This document shows, piece after piece, positions 34,576 to 45,635 of a stretch of 64,000 bases of DNA. Where the stretch lies: the NCBI GenBank assembly GCA_964187785.1, contig OZ076409.1, forward strand, positions 17,114,001 to 17,178,000, read 5' to 3'. A model generated the notes under the pieces. The model saw only the letters and a list, made by a program, of their open reading frames with translations. It was not told the origin of the DNA and did not search any database. Within the stretch, counting starts at the first letter, position 1. Each line of letters begins with the position of its first letter. This DNA is from Amphiscolops sp. MND2022. Lineage: Eukaryota. The translations under genes and the position numbers were made by a program.

Positions 34576-35367
34576 ATGGCTAAATTTAACTTAGCAAGAA
34601 AGCTTTTCGGCTTAGAAGAATCGGACTCAGAAGCCTCGGTAAATTCAGTCATCTACCTATCGAGTGACGAGGAGGAAGACACCTCATCTACCTCATGGGA
34701 TTCCGACTGGTCCACGGACACCGAGGCTATCATAGAGAGAATCGAGAGGGAAGTTAAGTCAAGCCCAATTTTGATCGCAGGTCGCAAGATGACTGTGGAG
34801 GGGCAGGCTACAGAATCAGCAGCTGGACCAAGTAATCTTCAAATGCGGCCGTCTTTGACTCCGAAATTGGGATTCAAACACTTTGACGAGAAACTCGTGT
34901 ATGCGCCGATGAGGAAGGCAGAAAGAACCCGGATAGAACTTTGCAACACAGTTCTACCAGTGTTGGAATCGCCGTTGTCTCCGCCCGAGCATGAGAGAGG
35001 GCCGTCCCAAGACGTGCTCATGGAACAGCCAGTTAGCACCAGCTTCCACGCATCTTACCACATCCAACAAGTACAGCCGTATTCGGATCTTAGTAAACAG
35101 TTGGGCCGTGGATGTATGGTCTGTGGAAGGTCAGTGGACGAAATTAAACAAGAGAAGGTGAATTGCTACGTGAGTAGATCAACACCGCGCAATGAACCGG
35201 CATACATAACGGACTTGAGGAGAGAAGCCTACGAAAATGGTCTAAATGCCGGGAGTCTTCTTTTCTTAGCACCCGCAGTGTCGCAGGCTGCCGCTTGCGA
35301 TGGGACACGTATCACAACGACTACTAACGAACAAGAAGCCGTACCAGGTACTCTACCCACATTTTAG
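34576..35367 (+). CDS. Accessory ORF of unknown function (263 aa from the first ATG), ending inside the 3' LTR
   Basis: Open frame with an acidic Ser-rich N-terminus (VIYLSSDEEED) and CMVCGRS; its stop lies 89 bp into the LTR; AATAAA at 35521. Confidence 0.65.
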   Translation: MAKFNLARKLFGLEESDSEASVNSVIYLSSDEEEDTSSTSWDSDWSTDTEAIIERIEREVKSSPILIAGRKMTVEGQATESAAGPSNLQMRPSLTPKLGFKHFDEKLVYAPMRKAERTRIELCNTVLPVLESPLSPPEHERGPSQDVLMEQPVSTSFHASYHIQQVQPYSDLSKQLGRGCMVCGRSVDEIKQEKVNCYVSRSTPRNEPAYITDLRREAYENGLNAGSLLFLAPAVSQAAACDGTRITTTTNEQEAVPGTLPTF

Positions 35368-37016
35368 GAGAATTATTCAAAACTTTTAGTAAAACTCACT
35401 GTTGTTTTATTATATTCATTATGTATTCGGATTGAATATTAGTCTGATTAATACTCGTGTTAGAATTCAAACGGTGATGATTATGTTTATATGATGAATT
35501 GTTTAGCAGTGACGTAATGCAATAAAGGCAAGTGTAAAGCTTAAAGGAAACGAGTTCAAGTGAACGAAACTCTAATTCCGGAGACGTCACTTGAGCTCAT
35601 TTCATTAGCCAATCAGAACGCTCTATCCTGCTGTGCATTATACTGTCATATTTGTTTGGCCGTATACGGCCACTTGACGCTATACTTTATTTTGTAAGCG
35701 ATCCAAAGGCAAATGGCCGGATTAGGCCATTCCAACTATTAGCTTGTGTAATTGTTTAATTTGAGTATGCACGTTATTTAAAGTCATGTAAGATTATGTT
35801 CGTATTTAGAAGGCGCTAATGGGGCCATTTAAACCCAATTGATGCAGTTGTGACCACCAGTCATGAAACACTAAATACTAGTCCAGTGGACTAAACCGGT
35901 CACTTTAATTGGCTGGTATCTTTGTCAAATGGCCGAATTGGGCCATGTTCACCTTTTATTAGTGCATATAATTAGAGTTGCTATCTGATGAATTAGCTTG
36001 CGTGTGCAGGCACGTGCCTTAAATACCTCACATACCTGTTGACACAAATATTATTTTGAAGTGTCTGAACATGTATTTGCCTTGATGTTAATTGTTACAG
36101 GAATGCGGACTAAACCGTCCCCTGTACTTTGAAGCTATCATGAGTATGTAATTGAGTACATTCCTCAGGAATTCTTCCGACCCTAAATTCCTGAATCACT
36201 TTGATGCAATAGCTATTTTTCAATCCTCGTAAAATCTCATGATCCTCTAAAATATGTAAACATTTCAATAATATGTGGAAAATGTGAGTGTCATGCCTCA
36301 GGAGGTATATATATACACCCCCCCTCCTGAGGGGACACAATTTGCTTTCTTTCACAACGTTCAGTTCATTAATATTACCAGTTTTCCGAACTAATTCAAT
36401 ATTAACCTCGGACTTTCTTTCTAAATGCCTACTACTAGGAAACAGAAGAAAGCAAGGAAATCTAGAGAAGCAGAAATGCTATCAGACATTGAGAATTTGG
36501 ATATTATGCTCGGAGGAAATCACTTTGATAGAAATGAGAGAAGTGAAAGTGTGAATAGTAATCAGGCCGGTAGGCCAGAAAGCTTATTTGGAGATGAATT
36601 TGGAGATGAGAATGAGAATGAGTTCCCAAACCCGGGAAATAATGGACCTAGCCCAAATACCGAATTAGGCCAAAATTCAATCAGAGAGAGTTCAAGTGTT
36701 GAGATCAATAGACTGTCGAGTGAGTTAAATTCCCGTATATCTCGAGAGATGGATGAAATGATGAATAGCGTCAGTGTTCAGATTCAAAGGGCCATAAATG
36801 AGGCAATCAGTAGTCAAATTTTGCCTCAAATCCAAAATGCAGTTATGGCCGGGTCGGGACAGTTGACCAAAGAGAGATGGAACGTTCCGGCTGAGAGACC
36901 AGAAGGATATTCCGAAGTGCTGCAGAACTTAGAACCTAGGAACAATTCTAAGAGTAAGCAGGCCAATGACCGTCTCAAAGACGGATTCACAAGCACGAAT
37001 TCTCGTGCTTACGACA
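35279..37016 (+). repeat. 3' LTR (1,738 bp), including a duplicate of the gag N-terminus (36425-37016)
   Basis: Direct repeat of 20819-22555, followed by TSD CGCAT. Confidence 0.95.
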
Positions 37017-37858
37017 CGCATAGTGCCGAAAAAATTGAAAGGGGAGACCCTTTGGGCTTTTCGAAACTTCAGTTTGCTGTAAAATATCAAAAAATTTGAA
37101 TGGGGACTCTTTTGAGACATTAAAAATTTTTTCGAAAAAGTCGCACAATGCCGAAAAAAAAATCGAAAGGGGGGACCCTTTAGTATCGTCTGGTTTTGTA
37201 AGTTACGTTAAAAAAGTAAAAATGAAAGGGGGGACCCTTTTGCAGTCATTTCCGCTGACCGGACTTGGCCTCATGGTTGTAGTTTTAGTAGTTTCGATTG
37301 CAAGAAAAGTGGACCAATCAGAGTGAGATTGTAGTCTGACGGAAAAAAAGAAAAAAACTAGCCACTGTAATAGTCGGGTTCTTTTCACTAGGAAAGCGCC
37401 GACTAAAAAATACTAACTGAGCCGCGTTTTCGTTTTTTTTCTCCACAGTTTACCATGTTCCAGTGTCATACCTAAATTCAATGGGTTCCTCCATAGCCCC
37501 TTGACTAATTCAACTGACATCTACTTGTTTCGTGCCATTTTCTGAAACTTTTTTAGGTTGTTACCAAAATGATCAAAATGACACCAAGATAGTTTGGAAA
37601 ATTAAAAAAAAGATCTGTAACGTTTCACTGCACTTTCTGTTGTTTTCAAATCTTTGTGTACATTAGAATATTCAAAGACTTCCAAGACAACAGAAGAAAG
37701 TTTCTCCAATGATATCAAAATTAGAAAAAAAACAATTTACCAAATTTTATACTATTTCTTCAACTTGTGTACAGTTATCGAATACTTTCGAGAGATAGGT
37801 AATCCGAAATGGTTCGAGCCGAGGAAACCACCGAGGAAAAATTCGAAACGTGTTTCGA

Positions 37859-39880
37859 AACAAGACGACCGCTGAGCAGCGAGATATTTTCCGCCACAAA
37901 CTGTTCTACAGCTACATAAATTTGAGGTTCGAAAATAGCCAATGGAAACGCAATAGTGGAGAAATTGCACTATGGAAACGCCAAGAAGTTCGAAGAAAAG
38001 AGCTTTGATTCAACTTAGCCAACTTTTTCCAGGAAACATCTAAATTTTTTATTCTGCGATAGCCGGCGACTTATCGTTTTTTTCGACACTATGCGACTTA
38101 CTGAGTAAAGATGAATTTTTCGGGAATTTTTTTTTCGTAAACAAAATATTTTTGGCAATTTTTAGTTTTTGAGGATTTCTGTAGAAGAAATAAGTTTCTC
38201 GAGCCTTGAGGATGATTTCTTTGTTATTTTTGATCATGTGGAACTGATGAGTTTTCTTTTTGATTGTGGAATATACATCATCTCAGTTTTTCTCGGCTCT
38301 GTGCGTCTTTCCGAAACTGTTATTTGGTCAAGGGGTACCCCTTGCTTTCATAGATAATTGTGGCTTCAGAAAAGTGGTTTTGCGAGCTGAAACATGTTTC
38401 GCCATCATAGAATTTTACGGAAAAAAATTCACGAAAGGGAAAGGTGATGTTTTGTGATTTCTGTTGCGGGAAAAGTGGTTTCCATGTCTTGGGGCAATTT
38501 TTTGCACTGACGAAATGGTAAAAACATGAAAATAGTTTAACCAGAAGTGTCAAAAATTGGAAATACTTTCGACAACTTCGGGGTCAGTTTGAAGAAACTT
38601 TCTGACATGAATCTACAGATGTCTCTTCAAAGTTATGCATACTGGACACCAACGTTAATTGTTGTTGAATGTTCACACCATTCTAACCCACGAAGTAGCT
38701 CAAAACATTTTCCTTTGGAAGGTTCCTTCCAGATCTGGTGATTTTGTTTCGAGCTTTTTGAATAATAATCATTTGACAAATAAGTTCGAAATTACGTTTC
38801 CAAGTAAAGTTTTTGTAAGTTGTGCAATTAAACTTGTCTGAAATCTTTTCAAAACACTACCGGTAGCTACACGTTTCAATCTTGAGCGTATGGGTTTTCT
38901 GATTGAAGTAAATTTTCGAAAGAGGCCCAAAAATGGAACTTTGAACTTTGAAAAATGGAACTTTGAAAAATGAACTTTTTACAAAATTGAGAAAATTCGG
39001 AATTTTTGACATATTTATGTTGTAAATACGATGAACTTCATCCCACCCACTTTTTCCCCAATTTTGTTTTGATATCCTATTGTTCCAATGCTCAGCCCAA
39101 TGGAATTTCTTTTCTACAAAAACTTTCGTGGTTTGAACAAAAAGTATTTTTAATTAGTTACAAAGAACTGCTTTTTTGTTATTTCATGTATTCTGGGTTG
39201 TTGTTGGGGCCATTTCCAAACAAATTGCTGTTATTTCTTTAAAATTGCCTATTGGATTCCAGTATTACTCAATGTTGAGTTTTTTGAACGATTTTATGCC
39301 AGGAAGTAGTTCAAAAAGTGTACAAAACCGCCTAAAAATGTTAAAAAACTCAAAAACTCTTAGTTTTTGCATTATTTGGTTCATTCTGATTAAAATTTCT
39401 TCCATAAAAGATGCGAATTTCTCTTTGATAAACGTGCTGTCGATTTAATTTTGTCATCTGGAGTTTTTCGAAGCTTTTGTCTCACCGAAATTTTCAATCT
39501 CAAAAAATCACTGAAAAGGTCAAAAATTGACAAAAGTTTTGACTTTTTCGGCTTTTCGCGTACAATTTTGAGCCTTTTACCAACCGAAGTCTGCCAACAT
39601 TTCTCAAAAACCTACTGGGTTACGAGTTCAATCTTTGTTGAACGTTTGCCTATATTCTCACTCCAAAACGATTCAAAAAGTACACATAAATTGCATGAAA
39701 GCGATGATGTTAACATTTTTCGACTCAATTTGAGTCATTCTGCAGTCTTTTCGATTCGAAACGCTGCAACGTTCTCCTCAAATAATGTAATGCAATGCTC
39801 GTTCTTTCGTTTTTGATTGTGTTGGAATTAATATCGAAAGCTCTCGGAAATTGTACAGATATTGCATCAAAAATGGCAAA
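37859..39880 (+). mobile_element. Long (~2 kb) family A-type repeat, diverged copy of 45636-47600
   Basis: Same head AACAAGACG.CCGCTGAGC.GCGAGATATTTTCCGCC and collinear shared blocks (TTTTGATCATGTGGAACT, CCAGAAGTGTCAAAAATTGGAAATA, CTCTCGGAAATTGTACAGA). Confidence 0.7.
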
Positions 39881-40786
39881 AACGTATCCAGTGAATTAGC
39901 GTATCCAGTGAATTCAGCGGAGAACAAAACTACAACTCAGTACATTTTGAAGGAAAAAACGTGAAGCCTAAAAAACATTCCCCCAAATATCAACGGTTTT
40001 TACTCTTGACATCATTAGCAAATATTTGTACATGTTAAATAATATTTTGTGGGTATAGATAATCACAGCGTTCGAAGAGACAATAGTTGATTTCCAGCAT
40101 TCTCTCAAAGCCTAACAGTTGACGCTCAATTTTAACTTACACAAAAAATCTAGTCAAGAACCAAAAACTAAGTTTTTTTCTAACGTTTCATGCTTTCTGG
40201 AATATCTTCGCATGCTTTTGTAAGTGTGAAAATCCATGGAGCTCAAGTACAAAACGTTTGGCAACTTAACCTACTTCGTTTGGAGAAACAATACCAAAGC
40301 AAGGCGTGATATGAATTGAAGATTTCAAGCACGAGTCAAATGTCGGGGCTAAAAAAGTCGGGCGCAGAAAATGTTCAACTGCTCAGCTTGTTTATAGAAA
40401 AATGTGCAGTATTTTCGTGACCCAAAACAGCAAAAAGCAAAAAATAGAGAAAACCCTTAAAATACCGTGCAATTTTTGTAAAGTTCTGAAATGTTTTTGT
40501 TCGTATGAGTGTCCACGCACAGAGTTCAACAACAAAAATTGGGTAATCAATAAATTCTTCGTTTGTAAAAAATCATCTAACGCTTTTAAATGCTTAAATT
40601 GAACCATAATGTTTCAAGTTTTTAGTTTTTTGAGCGTTTTCAAATTTTTCAGCAATGGACTTTCTCAAAAATAGTTGGTTTTTCACTAAAAGTGAATCAG
40701 TTGGGTGGAATCGTTTCATAAGTTTGGAAATACAGTAAACTCAGGGAAATTAGTATCCGGATATTCCAGTTCTTCGTTTAATTCGC

Positions 40787-41572
40787 ATGTACGGATACCA
40801 CTATTCTACTATGGCCGAGCTCGTTGGAAGTGAAGCCTCGCTAGATTCTGTATGTTCCAACCTAAAAAAGGAGGACGCGCTTTGTTTATTGAGGGAAGCC
40901 ATAACACAACTCCGGGAAAAAAGCGCTACGCTTAATGCTTTTACATCTGCTTTCAACAACCTCAGTAAACCTGACAATCAATTGCCCCAATCTGAAGTTT
41001 CGTGCAACAATAATCCCAGTGTGAATTTCGATTCATTGTTTAGAAAGTCCCTTGAAGAACGTGATCACGACATTGTTGCTTCGAAATCAGTTGTCTTCTA
41101 CAATGTAGAGGAAAACCAAGATGACAACAAAACGGTTTCTGATTTGATGACCAAATTGAATATTCCACAAAATTTTGTGAAACGTTCAACTAGACTTGGA
41201 CGAAAAAGTACTGTTGTCAATCCTCCTCCGCGCCCACGCCTCATTGAGGTGCTTTTTGACTGTGAACACGATAAGAGACTCCTCATGGCAAATGCTTACC
41301 TATTGAAGAACAGTCATGTCTTCGTCAAACCTAAACTCAAATGGTCCGATCGACAGAAAGAAAAATCTCTATTGAAGTTGCGTTATGACCTTATCCAATC
41401 AGGCTTCGACCGGAAATTTTTCAGGATACGAGACTTAAAGCTGTTTTATTCTGGAACTGAAATAAATGACAACGAACCCTTCGACTCTATCTCTGGCTTT
41501 CTAGGTACAATAATTACCAATAATGACGAAAAAAAGATTGACTCGAACTTGATACCAAATGCCTTCTACTAA
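40787..41572 (+). CDS. LINE ORF1 protein (CR1/L2-group-like)
   Basis: 261-aa ORF with VVFYNVEE and RLGRK...PRPRLIEVLF motifs, directly upstream of APE-RT coding sequence. Confidence 0.75.
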   Translation: MYGYHYSTMAELVGSEASLDSVCSNLKKEDALCLLREAITQLREKSATLNAFTSAFNNLSKPDNQLPQSEVSCNNNPSVNFDSLFRKSLEERDHDIVASKSVVFYNVEENQDDNKTVSDLMTKLNIPQNFVKRSTRLGRKSTVVNPPPRPRLIEVLFDCEHDKRLLMANAYLLKNSHVFVKPKLKWSDRQKEKSLLKLRYDLIQSGFDRKFFRIRDLKLFYSGTEINDNEPFDSISGFLGTIITNNDEKKIDSNLIPNAFY

Positions 41573-44367
41573 ATATTCAAGGTCTTGATACTATTTTAAA
41601 GCAGTACATATTATTGGATTTTGTCAATGTCGAGAAAGTGGATATTATATTTTTAACGGAAACTTGGCTCGATGGAAATTCAAGTTGTTCACTCTTTGGC
41701 ACTTTCAAACCTCTTGCTAGAAATGATCAAAAAAAGGGTCCTCGTGGGGTTGTTGCTATGTTTGTTAGGTCAACGTTTTTAATTCATGCAGAAGAGTTGT
41801 GCCCTGACGAATTTGATTCTGCAGTGGCTGTTGGATTACAAATTTCTGGAAATTCAGCTCTTCTACTTATTCTTGTTTGTTTGCCCTATTCTAGTCTTTA
41901 TGAAGTTTCAATGAATGATCTGGAACGTTTCTTTGATGCAGACGCCTGTTCTGTTAGATATAAAGATCCTTCAAATCAGTACTCTCATTCCCTTTGTGTT
42001 TTGGGAGATTTCAATTTGCCTTCAACAGACCGGAAGATAATGCACAGCAGCAGCGCTTGAGAACAACAATTCCTCAACCTATTTTCTGATTATTGACTAT
42101 CACCCCTTATTTTGAACAAAAGCACTCGTCGTGATGGTAACAATCTTGATAATGTGCTTTGTGGCGTACATGCATTTCCTTTGACTTTCCAGATTATTGA
42201 AACTGATCTTTTAAGTGACCACTATCCCATACTTATGAACTTTGAGAAATTTGTTCAGCCTGAATTATCCTATTCGGAATATTACTTTCTGAATCATGCA
42301 AATCTGGTATCTTTTGAAAATTCCTGGAATGATTTTGCTTTTGATCTGTATCCGAGTGAATCCAATGTGATGGACTTCTATAATCACTTGTGGAACAACA
42401 TAGAGATTTCATTCAGTAAGAAACGTAAAAAGCGTAATACCAACCCCTTTTACTATAGTTCCCACACGATGCACGCACTCAACAAACTGAATACAGCGAA
42501 AAGAAAAATAGTCAAAATTCCTAGTAAAAATAATTTTAAATCTGTTGAAAAGCTACAGCTTGAATTTAGTGACTCAGCGGAACTTGATCGGATATCCTTC
42601 ATCAATATCCTCCATCATCATCACAAATACTCTAGCTGAATGTTGTACTCTTTTGAATAGTCTCAAAACGAATATGTTTCCTTTGGTAATGAGACAAGAA
42701 GACAACCGCTTAAAGACTGGATCTGAAATAGCTAATGCTTTCAATATTCATTTCTCAAGTAACTTCAATTATCAACATTATTCTGCTATAATCTATGAAT
42801 CTGATGACTCAATCAAACTGGATGACATCCTTGCATCACTAAATCCTCTGATAAAACGTCAGAAAATAATCGAAATGAAAGAATCGGCAACAACAACTTC
42901 AGATTTTTTCCCGCCTAAACTATTAAAACTTTGTCCTGATAATTTTGCAACTATTCTTTATCCGCTCTGCTGCTCTATAAGTCTTACAAGATCATTTCCT
43001 GTCTTTTGGAAGAGCACTTTGGTAAGACCTATTTATAAAGCTGAAGCCAGAAATCTCATTGTCAATTATCGCCCTATCAGTCTTCTTCCGAAATGCTCTT
43101 TGCTATTCGAAGTGTTTCTCTTCCGGCACATTTATATCTTTGCGCGACTACAATTACACCCAAAACAGTTTGGGTTTCAGTCAAAGAAGAAATCTGACTT
43201 ACAATTGATAGATTATATTGAACATGCCCATAAAACGAAGGGTCTAGTAACTTATACAGTGTATCTTGACTACGAAAAGGCTTTCGACAAAGTTCCCCAT
43301 AATATCCTCTTGGGTAAGCTACGCAAATTTGGTTTGGATTTAGGTTTCGTTGCACTATTCTCGAGTTACCTAGATGACAGAACTCAATCTGTCAAAATTT
43401 ACAATGATGTATCTGAATCCATCACCGTTGTTAGCGGAGTTTCCCAGGGATCAGTTCTCGGACCTTTGCTCTTTCTCCTTTTTATTAACGACTTACCTTC
43501 TATTTTTCTGGATTCAATTCCGTGGTTGTTTGCCGATGATTTGAAATTATCATTTATTTCACTTAATTTTTATGATGATCTGGCAAGGCTTTCAAATTGG
43601 AATATTATGAATGGCATGATAGCAAATCAAATCAAAACCAAATGTTTACCTCTCGCTAGCAAACCGTTGGTTTACTTAAACTCACCACAGCTGTTGGAAA
43701 ATGTGCAACTGCAAAAAGACCTGGGTATTTTCATAGCTAGTGACTTGAAATGGCCCAATCATCAACTTGCTAAAGCACGCAAAGCATTCTATTCACTAAA
43801 GTATCGTATTCCTTTCAACACTCCCTCTAAAACTAAGTTGAACTTGTATTCTTCATTTGTTTTATCAATTCTTCTGTACGGAATCCCTGCTTGGCATCCA
43901 GATATAACGCGAATGAAAGAATTAGAATTGTTCCAAAAATCCGTTGGATTTTTGGCACCAAAGAAAGATATGAACAACATATGAAAAAGTACAAATTTCT
44001 CCCTCTCTGTTATCGAATTGAGCTACTTACCTTTTCGATGATTTCCAAAATGATCTGCCAACAATATTTGTATGACTTTGCTGCTCATATTGACTTTCGT
44101 GTGTATGATCGTGATTTCAGATGTCAAGCTTCTAGCCTATTCACCTGCAAATTTTCCTCAGTGGCTCATCAGAATTCATTCTTCTCCAGAGCGGCTGAAA
44201 TGGCAAACTTTTTATATCGCCATAAGATAATTACTGGGTTTGATCCGGAAAATATACGTGTTGTGAAAGAATACTTGATGATGAAAAATTTCAACCTTGA
44301 TGTAGTTTGCTCACATTATATTTGCTGTGCATGCTATTCATGTAAATATAGTAGGAGTGTTTGTTGA
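41560..44367 (+). pseudogene. LINE ORF2 (AP endonuclease + RT), broken by stops and frameshifts
   Basis: LTETWL, LGDFNLP, LDNVL and SDHYPI (APE); NYRPISLL, QFGF, YLDYEKAFDKVPH, GVSQGSVLGPLLF and FADD (RT); Cys-rich C-terminus. Confidence 0.92.
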
Positions 44368-44397
44368 CTATTTTGGTTTCTCTCAATGAGAATTTAG

Positions 44398-44402
<5 letters not shown>

Positions 44403-44445
<43 letters not shown>

Positions 44446-44446
44446 T
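44403..44446 (+). repeat. (TC)n microsatellite plus T-run at the LINE 3' end
   Basis: ~17 TC units ~35 bp after the ORF2 stop. Confidence 0.9.
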
Positions 44447-45635
44447 GCGCCCATTTTGCGACGACCAAAGTAATATTATTCGGGTAATTGGTATATTGCT
44501 TTATTCGTACTATTTTATACGGTCTCTGGCGACACGACTTAAGTGAATTCGACTATCTTTCGAGAAATAGTTAAGACACCTAGAATTAACTATGTTTTAT
44601 GCAGTGTACATGAAAGTAATTTTGAAACGCATGTCCTTTTTCTATGAGATGACAAAAATAGAAAATGTAACATCAAAATGATCGTTTGTATTGCTGTGAC
44701 ATGAAACAAATTCTGTTCTGTCCAATTTTCTGAGTTTGTGAGAATTTGATTTGAATGCCAGCATAGCGATAGCAAACATCTACTCAATTGGCCCGTTTAG
44801 CATAAAATTTTAAAGCATGTGCGGCAAAGGAGTCGGAAACGGATTAAAATATTGAAAAAACAAATAACCTACTTCATTGACATTTGGTCACTTTTGGCTT
44901 TCTCAGATCCCAGTCATACGATTTTGATGTCATTGCACACGCAGGAACATCTTTGGGTGTATAAAGACTGCATACTTTTATGAATATAGTATGGACAGTT
45001 TTTGAGATATTTATAATTTTCAATGAAAGGTCGGGATCAGTAAAAAAGGTACAATTGCACAATTTTTTTCCAACTCCTAAAAACAATGAACCTCCGTACT
45101 CAATTTGATTTGACGATAAACACCGTGACAACTAAGAAACACATTTTGTTTCTCATGAGACTTTACGAGACCCAGCAGTTAAAATTAGAAATTCGAAATC
45201 AAATGAAAAACATTGACTCCTCGCGAAAATTCACAGTTCAAAGTTGTCGTGCTGTACTGGTGTCATACTTACTGATTTCAAACTTTGACTTAATTCTGGA
45301 TGATGACCCTAATCGTGCTGCCTGTATACACAATATATCGAGAACTTCGTCACTTCTTGTTTTTACCAAGTACTAGACTGAAAAAAATACGAAAATTGTT
45401 GCCGTGAAAAATATCGAAACTATGATACTTAGAAACTTAGTCTTGCGGAGAGTGAATGCACATTTTGGAGCTCGTACTACGCAACACATTTCGACGTAAA
45501 ATCCAAGTTCAATAAGAACGAGGCAACAGTAATTTAAAATGAACTTTTCAAGAGTTTTTTCGTCGAAACTAAACCCAAATTAATTGGAAAACTGAGTTGG
45601 GGAGATCTCTGCTTCAACAATCACACTCGATTGAG

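Larger units (their letters stand above)
20819..37016 (+). mobile_element. Giant Ty3/gypsy LTR retrotransposon (16,198 bp) with accessory genes
   Basis: LTRs 20819-22555 and 35279-37016 (TGTCG...CGACA), about ten differences by eye; TSD CGCAT (20814-20818 and 37017-37021); PBS TGGTGACAG at 22556; gag and pol in PR-RT-RH-IN order plus ~6.4 kb of extra internal sequence. Confidence 0.96.
20701..37410 (+). mobile_element. Helentron/HINE-like repeat, family B, split by the 16-kb gypsy element (20701-20818 + 37017-37410)
   Basis: Head AAACAAGACGGGAACG..AGTCTGCGCT..CTAAGGCTC, with similar heads at ~49941 (+) and ~52650-52690 (-). Tail TAGTCGG...AGCGCCGACTA forms a hairpin and is a 9/10 inverted match to the head motif. 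Sequence is continuous across the TSD (TGTCGCAT|AGTGCCGAAAA). Confidence 0.5.

Noticed and set aside
34576..35367. env gene
   Set aside because: It occupies the env position but shows no signal peptide, furin-plus-fusion peptide or TM anchor.
20819..37016. DIRS/tyrosine-recombinase or Polinton element
   Set aside because: Direct TG...CA LTRs, a 5-bp TSD and a DDE integrase after RNase H indicate Ty3/gypsy.
36425..37099. Second, truncated retrotransposon or tandem gag duplication
   Set aside because: Identity stops exactly at CGACA followed by TSD CGCAT, so it is the 3' LTR of the same element.
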